From positions 1 through 64,000 of the IMG/VR virus record IMGVR_UViG_3300043777_000086: DNA of 64,000 nt; one strand, 5' to 3'. A program made the translations under genes and the position numbers. A model generated the notes under the pieces. It did no database searches, was not told the DNA's origin, and saw only the letters and a list, made by a program, of their open reading frames with translations. Positions 35,701 through 45,411 of this stretch are shown piece after piece (position 1 is the first letter of the stretch; every line of letters starts with the position of its first letter). Source of the stretch: a virus.

Positions 35701-36806
35701 GTTAGTGTGTCCGTGGTAGCCCGACCCACGAATGTGTCAGAGGAATTCTGGATGGTCCAGACACGCGCAGCGGTCGGGGTCCCGGTGATTTCGATCGAGT
35801 CCGTCCCGAAGGTGGTCCCTCCGTAGAGAAATATATTAGTGAACGGAGTTGAGGCGGCGCCCAGCGCTACTCCGGCCTGCGGCACGAGCGACGTGTTGAT
35901 CGAAACGGACGCGAGGTTTGACAGTGCCGTGTTAGCTCCGCCGCTACCCGTTCCGCAGTCAGTCCCCGTGCCTGTTATGAGGCCGGCTGAGTTGGCATGC
36001 AAACACTGTATCCCAGAAGCCACATCGCTCAGCGTCAGCGCCGATACGCTCGGGGCTGTGATCGTTTTATTGGTTAGAGTTTGCGTAGCTGCGATTGCAG
36101 TCAGAGTCCCACCCCCCGTAGGGAATGTCCACGTACTCGAAGAGGGGATCGCAAAGGTGGGGTTGAAGGCGCCCGTGAAGGTTACGTTCCCGGATAGGGT
36201 CAGAGTGTCTGATCCGTTATTAACCCCCGTCCCTCCGTTGGTGCCCCCAAGGATCCCGGTTACGTCTGCGGTAAGGGACACCAGCGAGCTAGTACAGACC
36301 TGCGTGCTGCCCGCGAAGTGGCAGATGCCCACACCTGGCGCGATTGCCGTCACCACATTGGCCGTGACGATGCCACTGTCCACTGGTGTATTGGTGGCTC
36401 CGAACCCGACCAGGTGGCCGTTGGTCCCAGCAAAAGCCGTGCCGTTCAATAGACCGGCATTGATAATTCCACCGCCCGTAAAGGTCAGCGTCGTCCCCGT
36501 GCCGACCGTGTACGTGTTGCCGGTGGTGTTGGTCCCTCCGGTTAGCGTCGTCCACGCCGCGGATACCGTGCCGCCGCCCATCGTACTCCAGGTGTTTGTC
36601 GCAGAGCAGTAATAGGGTGTGGCGGCCCCCGCCGTGAAGACCACATACACCTGACCGTTACCAGGTACGCAGGTGGACGGAAGCCCAGACCCTGTGACGA
36701 TCCGGCGAGTGATAGCAGATCCTCCGCCTGGGGTGATCTGGGCCTGCAAAAGTCCGAACCCGGACAAAAGCAGGACCAGAACCTTAAAGTACGTCGCCAT
36801 CCGCAT
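32730..36806 (-). CDS. long tail-fibre-like protein (1358 aa) with N-terminal signal peptide
   Basis: TLTNKT repeats, GGTG motifs, internal ~125-aa duplication. Confidence 0.8.
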   Translation of the reverse strand: MRMATYFKVLVLLLSGFGLLQAQITPGGGSAITRRIVTGSGLPSTCVPGNGQVYVVFTAGAATPYYCSATNTWSTMGGGTVSAAWTTLTGGTNTTGNTYTVGTGTTLTFTGGGIINAGLLNGTAFAGTNGHLVGFGATNTPVDSGIVTANVVTAIAPGVGICHFAGSTQVCTSSLVSLTADVTGILGGTNGGTGVNNGSDTLTLSGNVTFTGAFNPTFAIPSSSTWTFPTGGGTLTAIAATQTLTNKTITAPSVSALTLSDVASGIQCLHANSAGLITGTGTDCGTGSGGANTALSNLASVSINTSLVPQAGVALGAASTPFTNIFLYGGTTFGTDSIEITGTPTAARVWTIQNSSDTFVGRATTDTLTNKTLTNPTASGLTLSDVASGIQCLHANSAGLITGTGSDCGSGGGGANTALSNLASVSINLSLIPQTTLDLGAAATAWRNIYLYGSSTFGTDSIELTGTPTANRVWTIQDATDTFVGRGTTDTLTNKTLTTPTIASFVNANHNHQNSAGGGTLAEAALALTNITTNNASTSAHGFLPILPGTTTTFLNGNGAFTAPFTLTTTGTSGAATFTSGTLNIPQYTGSGSGCIPSGSAGVVQASNGSSACENTSITDNGTTVSTTEPISTTSSVTTGSGSGVAGAWQCAQGTAATAGSNSFGWTCPTTITTSVLLETPNAVPAANQIMLFPAPTSNVSQFAWFTLQLTGDVISSAGSLAATVAKVNGVSYGATPSTNTVPVVTASNTVTYEAVPNAALANSSSTVNGQTCTLGSTCTVSGAENTQTGNYTLVAGDLGKTVVMNCASPCSVTLYGSPTNGYYGAIESIGSSVATVSLNSKNFNGASSVPVLISYQPIAFWSDGTNYFGNAPPVAGTNVTFTPASNGLTIASSGGGGGGSAGASVFNATSSATDTGTSATSLIGGGAQTIPANTLITNTPLSLNFGGVVSIPSAYIGTLTITLLIDGSSIATTGALTLPSTAVTNGSWNTPGCQITTRTTGSGGTAIAVCAFQINPSSVTSLTPADGSLANTATFSINTTTSHTIDFQATWSTATGSPSITGQIATGTIGGAPVTSFSGDGTFISNSSSTGAITATLATAGAHKAWMNNTGSTAAPGYESIGTADLPAALANQTSINGLTIPASVTSGGIVYGSSTSAISSSAAGTAKQVALSGGAGSPTFIDFPDVKQIVPANCNNTTAGAGMSLPTSAAPTPFCRTGTNLQTGYLQFAASVQSAQSQLEVPSDWDTATDPYVRINYTQNAATGSQVIAFSVAIGCSTTTDDPSFQTAQTFTTTTTGTTANTPYTQTLQLNSTSMTNCSGGNVMNIKIASTSSATAVANLQLVTVTIPRLLAVQAN

Positions 36807-37191
36807 GACATGAATCTCCTGCGCTCTCGATCACGATCTGAAACTGACCCGCCCAATACACGTTTGCTTTTTGAGAATCGCCTATCGCCCAAGCTTCACC
36901 GGGGTCGATCGCTCGAATTACGCCGCCCGTAATTGGGCCACCGGGGGTCTGTATGAATGTGCTGCCTTCATTGAAGGGGGCAACCCCCCAGCACACAAAA
37001 ATACGCCCGGTGTTATTTGCATTCGCCTTGATCTCCAGTTTATTGAGTTGTAGATCATCCTGGCTGTTAGGGTTGCCGAAGGCATTGGCTGGTAGATTAG
37101 AGGTGAGCCGTAGCGCATGCGTGTCTCCGATCCCGGTCGGGGCCAGAAGTCCAAAGAACACCGGCTTAGAGAGTGGTTGAAATTGTGCCAT
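36784..37191 (-). CDS. hypothetical virion-region beta protein
   Basis: IKANANNTGRIFV..IDPGEAW motif. Confidence 0.65.
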   Translation of the reverse strand: MAQFQPLSKPVFFGLLAPTGIGDTHALRLTSNLPANAFGNPNSQDDLQLNKLEIKANANNTGRIFVCWGVAPFNEGSTFIQTPGGPITGGVIRAIDPGEAWAIGDSQKANVYWAGQFQIVIESAGDSCHADGDVL

Positions 37192-37194
37192 ACT

Positions 37195-37395
37195 TTAATC
37201 CCTGCGCTTTGCGCGCTTCCCTTTCCTCTTACCTGAAGATCTTCCGACAACCGCATTGGCGGCCCTAATGGCGCTACCTTCGGATGCCCCGCGCTTGAGC
37301 ATCGAATCCGCTACGTGCGACCACTGCCTTTTCTTCTTTGGGCTACTGGCTTTACGCGTGAACCTCTTGGCTGACTGTGGAGTCCATGGCATCAC
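37195..37395 (-). CDS. small basic phage protein (ChaB-like MPW..RQW..AIRAANA)
   Basis: Recognisable motif; Lys/Arg-rich. Confidence 0.7.
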   Translation of the reverse strand: MMPWTPQSAKRFTRKASSPKKKRQWSHVADSMLKRGASEGSAIRAANAVVGRSSGKRKGKRAKRRD

Positions 37396-39065
37396 TGCAC
37401 CCTAGCTTTCGGCGGAGTACTTGGCCTACGCGCGTACAGCAATAGGTCAGTGATCGCGGAGATGTACTTGTCGAGATCATCAACCAAGTCCGCCTTGTGG
37501 ATCGGATACTCACGCCCCTCGCTTGGCCGTTCTCCCATCTGGCTTTGAATGTGCGCCTCGCCTACCCTACGCGTAACCGATGCCTTCGGCTCGTCCTGCG
37601 CGATACTGAACGTGATCTCACCCTCATGGCCTAGAAGCGACCGCTTGATGACCTGGAGTCTCTGAACCTCCTGCACGAGCTGCTCGTTTGGGATCGAAGA
37701 GAAATCCACGATCGCACTCGCCGGTACGCCGTGTTTTTCTGCGATCTGATTCGCTTCGTTGGCGGATACCCTGGTCTGCGCTCGGGGGTCTGGCACGTAC
37801 CCGCTCGGACCTTCTTCAATCGCACCGCGCACGGGTGGCGGTCCGCCGATTGATTCCTGAATCCTGCCGGGAGTGGGGATAGTCTCCCCCGAGGCGCTGC
37901 TGCCGACAATCTGCCTGGATCGTGGCGCAGGCGTTGGGGGTTCTTCGTAGCCAGGACGTACGGTAGGCGGTCCGACTTTCTGTTCTGGCTGCCTCGCTAC
38001 TTCCCTAGGTCCCACTCTGACTAGCTCTCCGCCTGGGGGCCGCTTGGATTTAGCTTTGGAAGGCGCCGGGATCTCCTTGGGTTTTTCTCCTTCGCGTACC
38101 GGACCCACTTCCTCGCTCTCAATCCCCATCTTTTTGATCGTCTCGGACACCTGAGAGTTAAGCTGCTTAAACCGCGCCTGCGCCTCCGGGGGTAGGGATT
38201 GGGAAGACTTGTACTGGTCCATCTCGCGCAATAGATCACGGAGCTTGGAGCGCGCTTCGCGGGCGGCTGGGGGTATTCCCTCGTCTGCTTTCGAGAGCGG
38301 TCCGGATTCCTTATCGAGACCCATTGCCCGCTGCCCTGTCTTTGTGAATGGCAACGCCGCGAGAGTCTGGCTGATCGCGGAAATCACCTTAGCCGCGCCC
38401 TCTGGGGTCCTATTAGGATCCTGAGCCCATGACAGAGCCATATCAGCAGAGTCTGCCGCCTTGTACGCCGAATAGAGTCCTGCGCCTTTTTGCCCGATCC
38501 ACTTCATGAGACCGGCGATCCGCGGCGCATACTTTCCGAGCACGCCTTCGATGGGGCCGGCTACTAACGCGGTCGCTATGCCGGCAGGAGTTTGCGCGGC
38601 ATCCATCGTCTTGCCCGTCTCGCGCATCAATCCCTCAACAAACCTCCCATGGCTAATCAACGGCAGCGGCCCGTACATCGTCGATTCGACCGCCGCCTTA
38701 ACCACAGGAGGAGCTTTCTCGGTGAATCGCTTCACAGCCCCTTCGGCCGATACATCCGAGACTCCCGCTGCATTCCCGATCTGCTGGGTTACGGGAGTGA
38801 AGGCAACATCCTTGGCCTTCTGGGTCCCCGCTCCCGGTCTGACCTCGGGAGGTTTGGATTCATCAGCCAACTGGTAGCGGCTCGCAAAACTAGGCTCGGA
38901 GGTGATCGCCTTCAGGAGTTGATCCCTTGATACCCCGCCGGGATTGCTCGACTGGAGCTGGCGGAACAACTGCCGCGCGTGATTGTTCTGCGGGTCGGGA
39001 TCCTTAATCATCCCCACAAACGATTCGATCACCTGATCCGAGCCAATTTGTTGCTTATCGGCCAC
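37392..39065 (-). CDS. putative internal virion/ejection protein
   Basis: Helical and Pro-rich; lies in the ejection-gene cluster. Confidence 0.6.
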   Translation of the reverse strand: MADKQQIGSDQVIESFVGMIKDPDPQNNHARQLFRQLQSSNPGGVSRDQLLKAITSEPSFASRYQLADESKPPEVRPGAGTQKAKDVAFTPVTQQIGNAAGVSDVSAEGAVKRFTEKAPPVVKAAVESTMYGPLPLISHGRFVEGLMRETGKTMDAAQTPAGIATALVAGPIEGVLGKYAPRIAGLMKWIGQKGAGLYSAYKAADSADMALSWAQDPNRTPEGAAKVISAISQTLAALPFTKTGQRAMGLDKESGPLSKADEGIPPAAREARSKLRDLLREMDQYKSSQSLPPEAQARFKQLNSQVSETIKKMGIESEEVGPVREGEKPKEIPAPSKAKSKRPPGGELVRVGPREVARQPEQKVGPPTVRPGYEEPPTPAPRSRQIVGSSASGETIPTPGRIQESIGGPPPVRGAIEEGPSGYVPDPRAQTRVSANEANQIAEKHGVPASAIVDFSSIPNEQLVQEVQRLQVIKRSLLGHEGEITFSIAQDEPKASVTRRVGEAHIQSQMGERPSEGREYPIHKADLVDDLDKYISAITDLLLYARRPSTPPKARVQ

Positions 39066-42000
39066 CGACCACCTGTCCCTTTACGTTGTACACCTCCGGC
39101 AGGGGCTGCGCTCTCTTGCGCTGCGTGCCCAAGTACTTGCGCCATTCCTGGATGATCGCGCGAGGGCTCAGCTTATTCGAATCGGCAACCTTGAGGATAA
39201 TGTTGGCCGCCTCTATATCGTTGGATTTCATGGCTGAAATATAGGCTTCTTTTGCGCGAGTATAGCTGAGTCCCTGCCTCGTCGGTAGACCGGCCACATT
39301 AAATAGCATGCTCGCCCCGCCCGGCATCGGGTAGAGCTGGGAGAAACGCTTATCGTTGATAGCCCTGATGGGATCCCTGGCGGAGAAGGGCACGAACATC
39401 GGAAGCGCCAACTCCATGCGTTGAATGTTCTTCTGGAGGGGGGTGCCGTACTTATCGACGTACTCGAATCCGGTTACGGGATCCACGCCGTACGCCGCGG
39501 CTCCGGCCGCCTGTACCGGCCCAGAGAGGGCGTTCATCATCCAGTCGTGCGGGTCCATGGCGAGCTTCACTGGATCCGTAAGGCCCTTTCCCCAGTTGAC
39601 ATACCGCTCGGATCCGTTCGGCATGTAGCCCATCGGAATCGCGAAGGAGTTGGATGTCAGCCCGGTGTCGTGACTCCCGAACCTAATCGGCACTCCCGGA
39701 TTGTCCCAGGTGAAGTGCCCGCCCTCCTTGCCGTTCTTGTCCTTGTTCTTGAAGATCGAACTCGATAGATACGATCCAACCTGCATACTGAGGAACCAGG
39801 TCAGAGCCGCGCCGCGAGCATAATTCGTAGCGACCTCCCGGCCGAGCGACCCCTCAAACGCCTGAGTGAATACCCGAAGGTTTGAAATCTTCCATCCAGG
39901 CGCAAGAAAGATCCAGTTCATCATTTGGGCGACCTTGGGGTTGACGAGCATTTTCTCCCAACTGATGGCTCCGTATGCGTCGTTCACCTGGGCGGCCACG
40001 GCGCGCTTGATCGCCGTAACCTCCGCAGGAGTTCGCGGCTGGGCGCGCTCGATCATACTCGACACTCCGGATTCGTAGGAGTGCGCCATATTGGCCGGCA
40101 AATAGAAATCCCATAGAGACTTCTCGATCACGTGGTTCATGTGCCCCATGGCGCGGATGGGGGCCGTCACGGCCTTCTTCCATCCGGTCTGGTCCTTGCC
40201 CATGTTCTGCATGAAATTACGTGAAGATCGTTCGGCATCATCGATCTCTAGGCGCACGCCGTGATGCAGCATGTCGCGAACAAAATCCGAGTTCAGTCGG
40301 AAGATCGGAAGCTCATCGCCCTTGCCTTTGCCTATCACTTCCGCGATGCCTGTACGTGCGCCCTTGTAGATTTCAGGATCCGCGAACCACCATCTCGTGA
40401 GACCCTTGAGGGCTCCGGATGTAGATGCCGTCATAGCCTGGGACTGCTCGGTGATCGCCCAGTTGTGGAATAGTGAACCATAGAGGTTTAATCTCTTCCC
40501 AAATGAACGGACCTGGTCGATGGTCTTGAACGCAGGGGAATTGAATCGGCTTCCGAAGATTGCCTTTGCGGCCATCGCCATCTGGGGGTGAACGTACACC
40601 GGCTGGTAGCGATAGAAGGACTTTTCGATACGAACGTCCTTGCCGCGGATCTGCTTGATCTCTTCCTCTGAGGCTTGGAATGCCGCGCGGTTCAGTGCCG
40701 GGGCATCGTCTAACTTTACCCAGTCATCCAAATGGAGCGCGTTCTTCTGCTGCTCGGTGGCGACTGCTCCGATGTCATTTAGAGTGTTAGCCATCCTCTG
40801 GTTGGCAATGACGCGCGTCAGGTAGTTCCAGCGTACGCGTACGACGTCGAGGACGTCATTGTACTTAGGGACCCATCCGGCCTTGATGCCAGCCTCGTAG
40901 TCCTCGAACACCTTTTGTTTTAGGAAGCGATCGTGCATCAGCGTCTGTGCTGCGCGACCAGCCGGAGTTCCGCGGTTGGGCATCTCCCAGATCTGAGTCA
41001 GGTACTCATTGGGATCGGCCAGTTGCAGATCATTGCCGTAGTACTGCTTCAGAAGATTAGCGGATTCGTGATTTAGCTTCTGAATCACCTCAACGGCCTG
41101 CTGGCCCTTCGGCGACAAAGAGCTTTTGGGGGCAGTGCCCTGGATGACCGCCGCCATCTGGTTAGTGGGCTCTGGCTTGCCGTCAGCACCCATTTTGTAG
41201 ATGGTGCGCTCCTCCGCTGGAACAGATTCCTTAATTGGATGGAGTACGCTTTCAACCCGGAACTTATTCTCAGACTCAAATGCAGCTCGGTCCTCGACAA
41301 AATCCTTAGAGATGGACACCAACTCCGGGGTCTTTATATGAAGCATACGGGCTACGTCGCCCACAATCGGAGTCTGATGAACCGCGTCGAGTTTGAGCTT
41401 CTTCTCCCAGAATCCCTTGGGCGCAGCGATCTCATTCAGGACGTCGACTTTACTCTCAAGGATCTTGGTAGCGCTTGGGGGTTTGTCGCCCTCTTCGGTG
41501 TACGGCGCCGTACTCTTTAGGCGCTCCACTGCCTCACGGCGTCCGACTTCGGATTTTGCGCGCTCCCCCACGGACTCCTTGAGCCTAGCCGCTGCGGCAG
41601 GCGCTTCGATCTTCTCGATCGTCTTTGCCCCTTTGACGCCCGAGTACGCTTGGGCAAGGGCCACAACCACATGCGAGAGGTTCTCGGGACGAGGATCGTC
41701 CCTGTAAGCCTTAAGCGCATCCACAGCCTGCTTCCCCGCAAAGGCCGTGAATCCATAGTCGAGGATCGGCGCGAAGCGTCTCGTCTGCGGAGTAACGTGT
41801 AGCGTGATAAGCCCGATACCGGCCGGGGAGGTCATGAAGTCCAGCGCGCCAGGGGCCGCCTTGTAGGTTTCCGCCAGGAACCGGGAGATATAGTCCCCCT
41901 CATGGGACTGCCGCACAGACTCGGGGATAATGGCTTCGAGCGCTTTACGGAACCCAGAGTCTTCGTAGCGTTCCGAAAACCCCTTACCGCCTCCAATTGT

Positions 42001-42228
42001 CAGCACGGACTTAGTCAGAAACGAGCCGGTCGTTTTCGCTGGACGCTCCGGCGGAGGGGACGCCGCGGAGTCCTTTTTTAGGTAACGATCGAATGAGGAT
42101 CCGAAGTCGCCGACTGGAGCGGGGGGCTTGTCAGGCTTCTTGGGTTGGCTATCAGGCGGGTTCCCAGCCTTTTTTTGCGACAGATAGCGATCAAACGCAG
42201 ACCCGAAGTCACCCTGCTGGTCCGCCAC
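39055..42228 (-). CDS. large putative ejection (DNA-transfer) protein
   Basis: 1057 aa, helical; VNDAYG..FLAPGW C-terminal region. Confidence 0.65.
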   Translation of the reverse strand: MADQQGDFGSAFDRYLSQKKAGNPPDSQPKKPDKPPAPVGDFGSSFDRYLKKDSAASPPPERPAKTTGSFLTKSVLTIGGGKGFSERYEDSGFRKALEAIIPESVRQSHEGDYISRFLAETYKAAPGALDFMTSPAGIGLITLHVTPQTRRFAPILDYGFTAFAGKQAVDALKAYRDDPRPENLSHVVVALAQAYSGVKGAKTIEKIEAPAAAARLKESVGERAKSEVGRREAVERLKSTAPYTEEGDKPPSATKILESKVDVLNEIAAPKGFWEKKLKLDAVHQTPIVGDVARMLHIKTPELVSISKDFVEDRAAFESENKFRVESVLHPIKESVPAEERTIYKMGADGKPEPTNQMAAVIQGTAPKSSLSPKGQQAVEVIQKLNHESANLLKQYYGNDLQLADPNEYLTQIWEMPNRGTPAGRAAQTLMHDRFLKQKVFEDYEAGIKAGWVPKYNDVLDVVRVRWNYLTRVIANQRMANTLNDIGAVATEQQKNALHLDDWVKLDDAPALNRAAFQASEEEIKQIRGKDVRIEKSFYRYQPVYVHPQMAMAAKAIFGSRFNSPAFKTIDQVRSFGKRLNLYGSLFHNWAITEQSQAMTASTSGALKGLTRWWFADPEIYKGARTGIAEVIGKGKGDELPIFRLNSDFVRDMLHHGVRLEIDDAERSSRNFMQNMGKDQTGWKKAVTAPIRAMGHMNHVIEKSLWDFYLPANMAHSYESGVSSMIERAQPRTPAEVTAIKRAVAAQVNDAYGAISWEKMLVNPKVAQMMNWIFLAPGWKISNLRVFTQAFEGSLGREVATNYARGAALTWFLSMQVGSYLSSSIFKNKDKNGKEGGHFTWDNPGVPIRFGSHDTGLTSNSFAIPMGYMPNGSERYVNWGKGLTDPVKLAMDPHDWMMNALSGPVQAAGAAAYGVDPVTGFEYVDKYGTPLQKNIQRMELALPMFVPFSARDPIRAINDKRFSQLYPMPGGASMLFNVAGLPTRQGLSYTRAKEAYISAMKSNDIEAANIILKVADSNKLSPRAIIQEWRKYLGTQRKRAQPLPEVYNVKGQVVGGR

Positions 42229-42229
42229 T

Positions 42230-43906
42230 TCACGGCCTCTTCTTCAGCCACGGTAGCGTTGAGTCGATCTCGTCTTCTGGAATAGGGGCGTCTGCGTGAT
42301 CGGCATCGTCCTTAATTGAGTCAGACTCATCCTTATTCAGGAAGGCAAGCCCAGCGGTACCGAACGCCGCCCCAATCGCATTGATCCTTCCCCTGGCATC
42401 CTGCTTAATGAGATTCGCGCGCTCCTCGATCTCGCGCTGGATCTGATTCTGCCGGTTATTGAATTCTTCCGAGGTGAGTTGGCGCTTAACTGGGGGATTC
42501 TTCGTGGTGTCAAGGATCGTTGGATCTTTTCGCAGTGCATCGATTTTGGACTCGCGCTCCTTGTATAGCGCTTCAAGCCGACGCGAGGTGTCCGCTTGCT
42601 CAGCTATCGCGGCCTTGCGTGCGTAGTTGAAGTTTGCCTGGAAAGTGTTGGTCTGATCCTTCCACTGACGGAGTGGCTTGCCATTATCGTCTTTGGCTAC
42701 CCGCCACTTACCCTCAGGACTTCGTTCCTCGATAACGTTCTTTCCGGGGCTATCCGGGTCCTGAACCACGCGCGTGGCATAGGGGGCCTTGTCTGGTTTG
42801 CGGTAAACCGAAGGCTGCTCGCTCGGCGGTAGGAACTGCCCGGTCTGCGCGTCTACAAACCCCGCCGGGATCCCCGGTCCTCCCATTGAGTACTGAAGCT
42901 GCCTGGGCTTACCATCGACCATCATCTCCTTGGGCTCAGTGACTAAGTTATTGGTGTTTAGCCAGTCGCGCTCCTCATCAGCCAGCCGCTGTGTACGGAC
43001 CGCTGGCAGCGCAGGCTCCTTAGTCGGCGGCGGCGCCGCAGAGCCGGCCTCCACGGGAAGCGGAGGGGCGCCCTGCGCAGCCGTAGGGGCGGATTGATCT
43101 GAACGCACAGGAGGAGGAGCGCCTCCCGCAGTACGGTTATGAAATTCCGCAAGCCTCTTATCCGCGTCGATCTTCTTCTGCTCGGCCTCGGTTGGCTGCC
43201 GCGGCTTGGGCTTCGTGTCATACGGAGATAGGATCTGAGAGATCGATTCCTTACCGCCGCCGAAGCGATCGAAGGCGGGGATGAACGGCTGCACCGCCTT
43301 GGCGGCATCCTCCTTTGTGAATGGCTGCCCAGCCTGCTTGGCTGCGTCCTCGGCATCCGCCACGGCCTTCTGGGCCTGTCCTACCAGTTGCGTGCGCTGA
43401 CCTTGAATTGTATTCTGCGGAAGCGATAGCTTCGCACCCCAGTCCGCCATGACTTTCTGCATTGCCCCGATGTCGGACTTGGATTTAGAGACCTCACCGC
43501 CAGCTAGGCCGCTGAATACCTTATTGAGCGTTCCGAGGATCGGATTCTGTTTGGCTCCGTCCTTAGTGGCGTCCTGAGCCTCAGAGATCATCGCTTTGGC
43601 GGCATCGCGCTCAAGCTGCGACTTGAGTTCCGGAGGCACCTCTGGGTTCGACATCTGCGCGTTCACCCAGTTAGAGAAACCCTGAGTGAATTGGTACTTC
43701 TGCATCTCAGTCGCCATGGCCTTTTGTGCGCGGCCCTTGCCGACGCCTTCTAGGAATTTAGATAGGATGCCGAGCGTTGCACCCCCCTTACCTTGATAGC
43801 CACTGAATGGTGTGGTGCTCTCATGGGGCGACTGAACGATTTGGGGTTGGATCGCCTGAGCGAATGGTCCGGTAAATTGCTGAGGTCCGTAGGGATTATC
43901 AGGCAT
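42230..43906 (-). CDS. putative ejection protein
   Basis: GGAGGT RBS before ATG 43906; Q/A/K-rich coils. Confidence 0.65.
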   Translation of the reverse strand: MPDNPYGPQQFTGPFAQAIQPQIVQSPHESTTPFSGYQGKGGATLGILSKFLEGVGKGRAQKAMATEMQKYQFTQGFSNWVNAQMSNPEVPPELKSQLERDAAKAMISEAQDATKDGAKQNPILGTLNKVFSGLAGGEVSKSKSDIGAMQKVMADWGAKLSLPQNTIQGQRTQLVGQAQKAVADAEDAAKQAGQPFTKEDAAKAVQPFIPAFDRFGGGKESISQILSPYDTKPKPRQPTEAEQKKIDADKRLAEFHNRTAGGAPPPVRSDQSAPTAAQGAPPLPVEAGSAAPPPTKEPALPAVRTQRLADEERDWLNTNNLVTEPKEMMVDGKPRQLQYSMGGPGIPAGFVDAQTGQFLPPSEQPSVYRKPDKAPYATRVVQDPDSPGKNVIEERSPEGKWRVAKDDNGKPLRQWKDQTNTFQANFNYARKAAIAEQADTSRRLEALYKERESKIDALRKDPTILDTTKNPPVKRQLTSEEFNNRQNQIQREIEERANLIKQDARGRINAIGAAFGTAGLAFLNKDESDSIKDDADHADAPIPEDEIDSTLPWLKKRP

Positions 43907-44000
43907 ACGCCACCTCCGCGGTGGTAATCTTAGTATCGAGCTGCCGTAGCGGGCTAACGCCACGGCAACTCTCACCAGAGCGATCTACAGGGAGACCGTC

Positions 44001-44588
44001 GTGGCTAAACGTAAGTTTATACCGATGCCGACCATAAGCCCCGAAGAGGAAAGACTCTTCTGGAGTTTGGTCAGGAAATACGAAGATCCAAGGAAGTGTT
44101 GGGAGTGGCTGGGGAACCTGCATAGCGACGACAGAGGCAGGATCTGCCTCAGGAGTCAACACTATATAGCTCCGCGCATGTCCTTCCACCTCACCTACGG
44201 AGGTGATCCGGAGTGGCTCTTTGTGTGTCATACATGCGACAACCCGATCTGCGTAAATCCCGATCACTTCTTCCTCGGTACGCACGGGGACAATAACAGA
44301 GACTCTATCGCCAAGGGTCGCAGGTGCGGCGTGTATGAAAAATGGAGGAATGATAATCCACAGGCAGCGCACGCCGCCGCCCAGCGCGTAGTTCAATGGA
44401 GACAGCAGCACCCAGAAAGTAATCGCGGTGAAAACGCAAACGGAGTAAAGCTTACAACGGAGTATGTTCTCGCTATACGGGCGAGAGCAACTAAAGGAGA
44501 AACTCATACTTCTCTCGCTAGGGAATATGGAGTTGCACCGCAAACCGTGGATGGCATAGTCAGCAGAAAACACTGGAAGCATATTTGA
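44001..44588 (+). CDS. HNH homing endonuclease inserted antisense in the virion operon
   Basis: CWEWLG, VCHTCDNPICVNPDH, GENANGVKLT..LAREYGV HTH. Confidence 0.93.
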   Translation: MAKRKFIPMPTISPEEERLFWSLVRKYEDPRKCWEWLGNLHSDDRGRICLRSQHYIAPRMSFHLTYGGDPEWLFVCHTCDNPICVNPDHFFLGTHGDNNRDSIAKGRRCGVYEKWRNDNPQAAHAAAQRVVQWRQQHPESNRGENANGVKLTTEYVLAIRARATKGETHTSLAREYGVAPQTVDGIVSRKHWKHI

Positions 44589-44592
44589 AATT

Positions 44593-45411
44593 TCAGCATT
44601 TTGCATGCAGCGCTGTGTTCTCCGTTACCTGAGTGGAAATCGCGGTTCGTAAGGCGAAATCAAACACTGGCCTAAGCGCCCAACGCATGACTACGCTGTG
44701 CTTTGCCTTAGCGGCAACCGACTTACCAACCCGGCAGTACAGCCACATAACTATTCCACCAAACACCGTCCGCCTGAACGGGCCGTTAAGGAATTCGCGC
44801 ACGATAAATGTACGCGGATCATGGGTTCCATAAATCACTTCCGCAATCCAACATCCGACACCCGGAGCAAATACGCTACCAAGAGCACCACCGGCGCTTC
44901 CTGCCAACTCTCCGAGGAAAGATAGAGTTGACGCCTTACCTTGACTCTGCGCCTGCATCGTAGCTGCATTGGAACTCGACGCCCCTCCGGCCGCTGAGAT
45001 CGCAGCGCCCACGTCGCTTAGGCCGAAGGACTCAATACCCTGCCCCAGTTGCGCAAGCTGCGCCGGAGCGCCTTGAGTTAAAGCATTCCTAGTCTGCGCG
45101 ATCTGCGTCTGCGTTCCGGTGTCCACGTTCGCCAGAGCCACCTGCTGTGCGGCCCCTGGTCCAATATCCTCCATAATCTGACCCTTAGCTTGCGAGGCCC
45201 CCTGCGTAATGTTTGTGAGGTACGGAGCGAGGGCTGTAGAGATCGCAGTGGGGTTATTTGAAGAGAGGGCCGTAAGTTGACTAATAAGCGGCTGCATCAA
45301 CTGGGAACCCTGCGCCTGGTTGTCCTGAGCCAACTGATTTTGCTGGCTTTCAATTGCCAACTGCTGGGCTGTGATTTGCTGCTGGGTTCCTGTGCTACTT
45401 GGTGACGACAC
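44593..45411 (-). CDS. Gln/Ala/Gly-rich pilot/ejection protein with a C-terminal CWIA (CFI-box-like) domain
   Basis: Low-complexity N-terminal part, then GVG-CWIAEVIYG..R..L..Y. Confidence 0.7.
   Translation of the reverse strand: MSSPSSTGTQQQITAQQLAIESQQNQLAQDNQAQGSQLMQPLISQLTALSSNNPTAISTALAPYLTNITQGASQAKGQIMEDIGPGAAQQVALANVDTGTQTQIAQTRNALTQGAPAQLAQLGQGIESFGLSDVGAAISAAGGASSSNAATMQAQSQGKASTLSFLGELAGSAGGALGSVFAPGVGCWIAEVIYGTHDPRTFIVREFLNGPFRRTVFGGIVMWLYCRVGKSVAAKAKHSVVMRWALRPVFDFALRTAISTQVTENTALHAKC

Noticed and set aside
43899-44606. 235-aa minus-strand ORF bridging the ejection genes
   Set aside because: It is the antisense shadow of a clear HNH gene and has no motifs.
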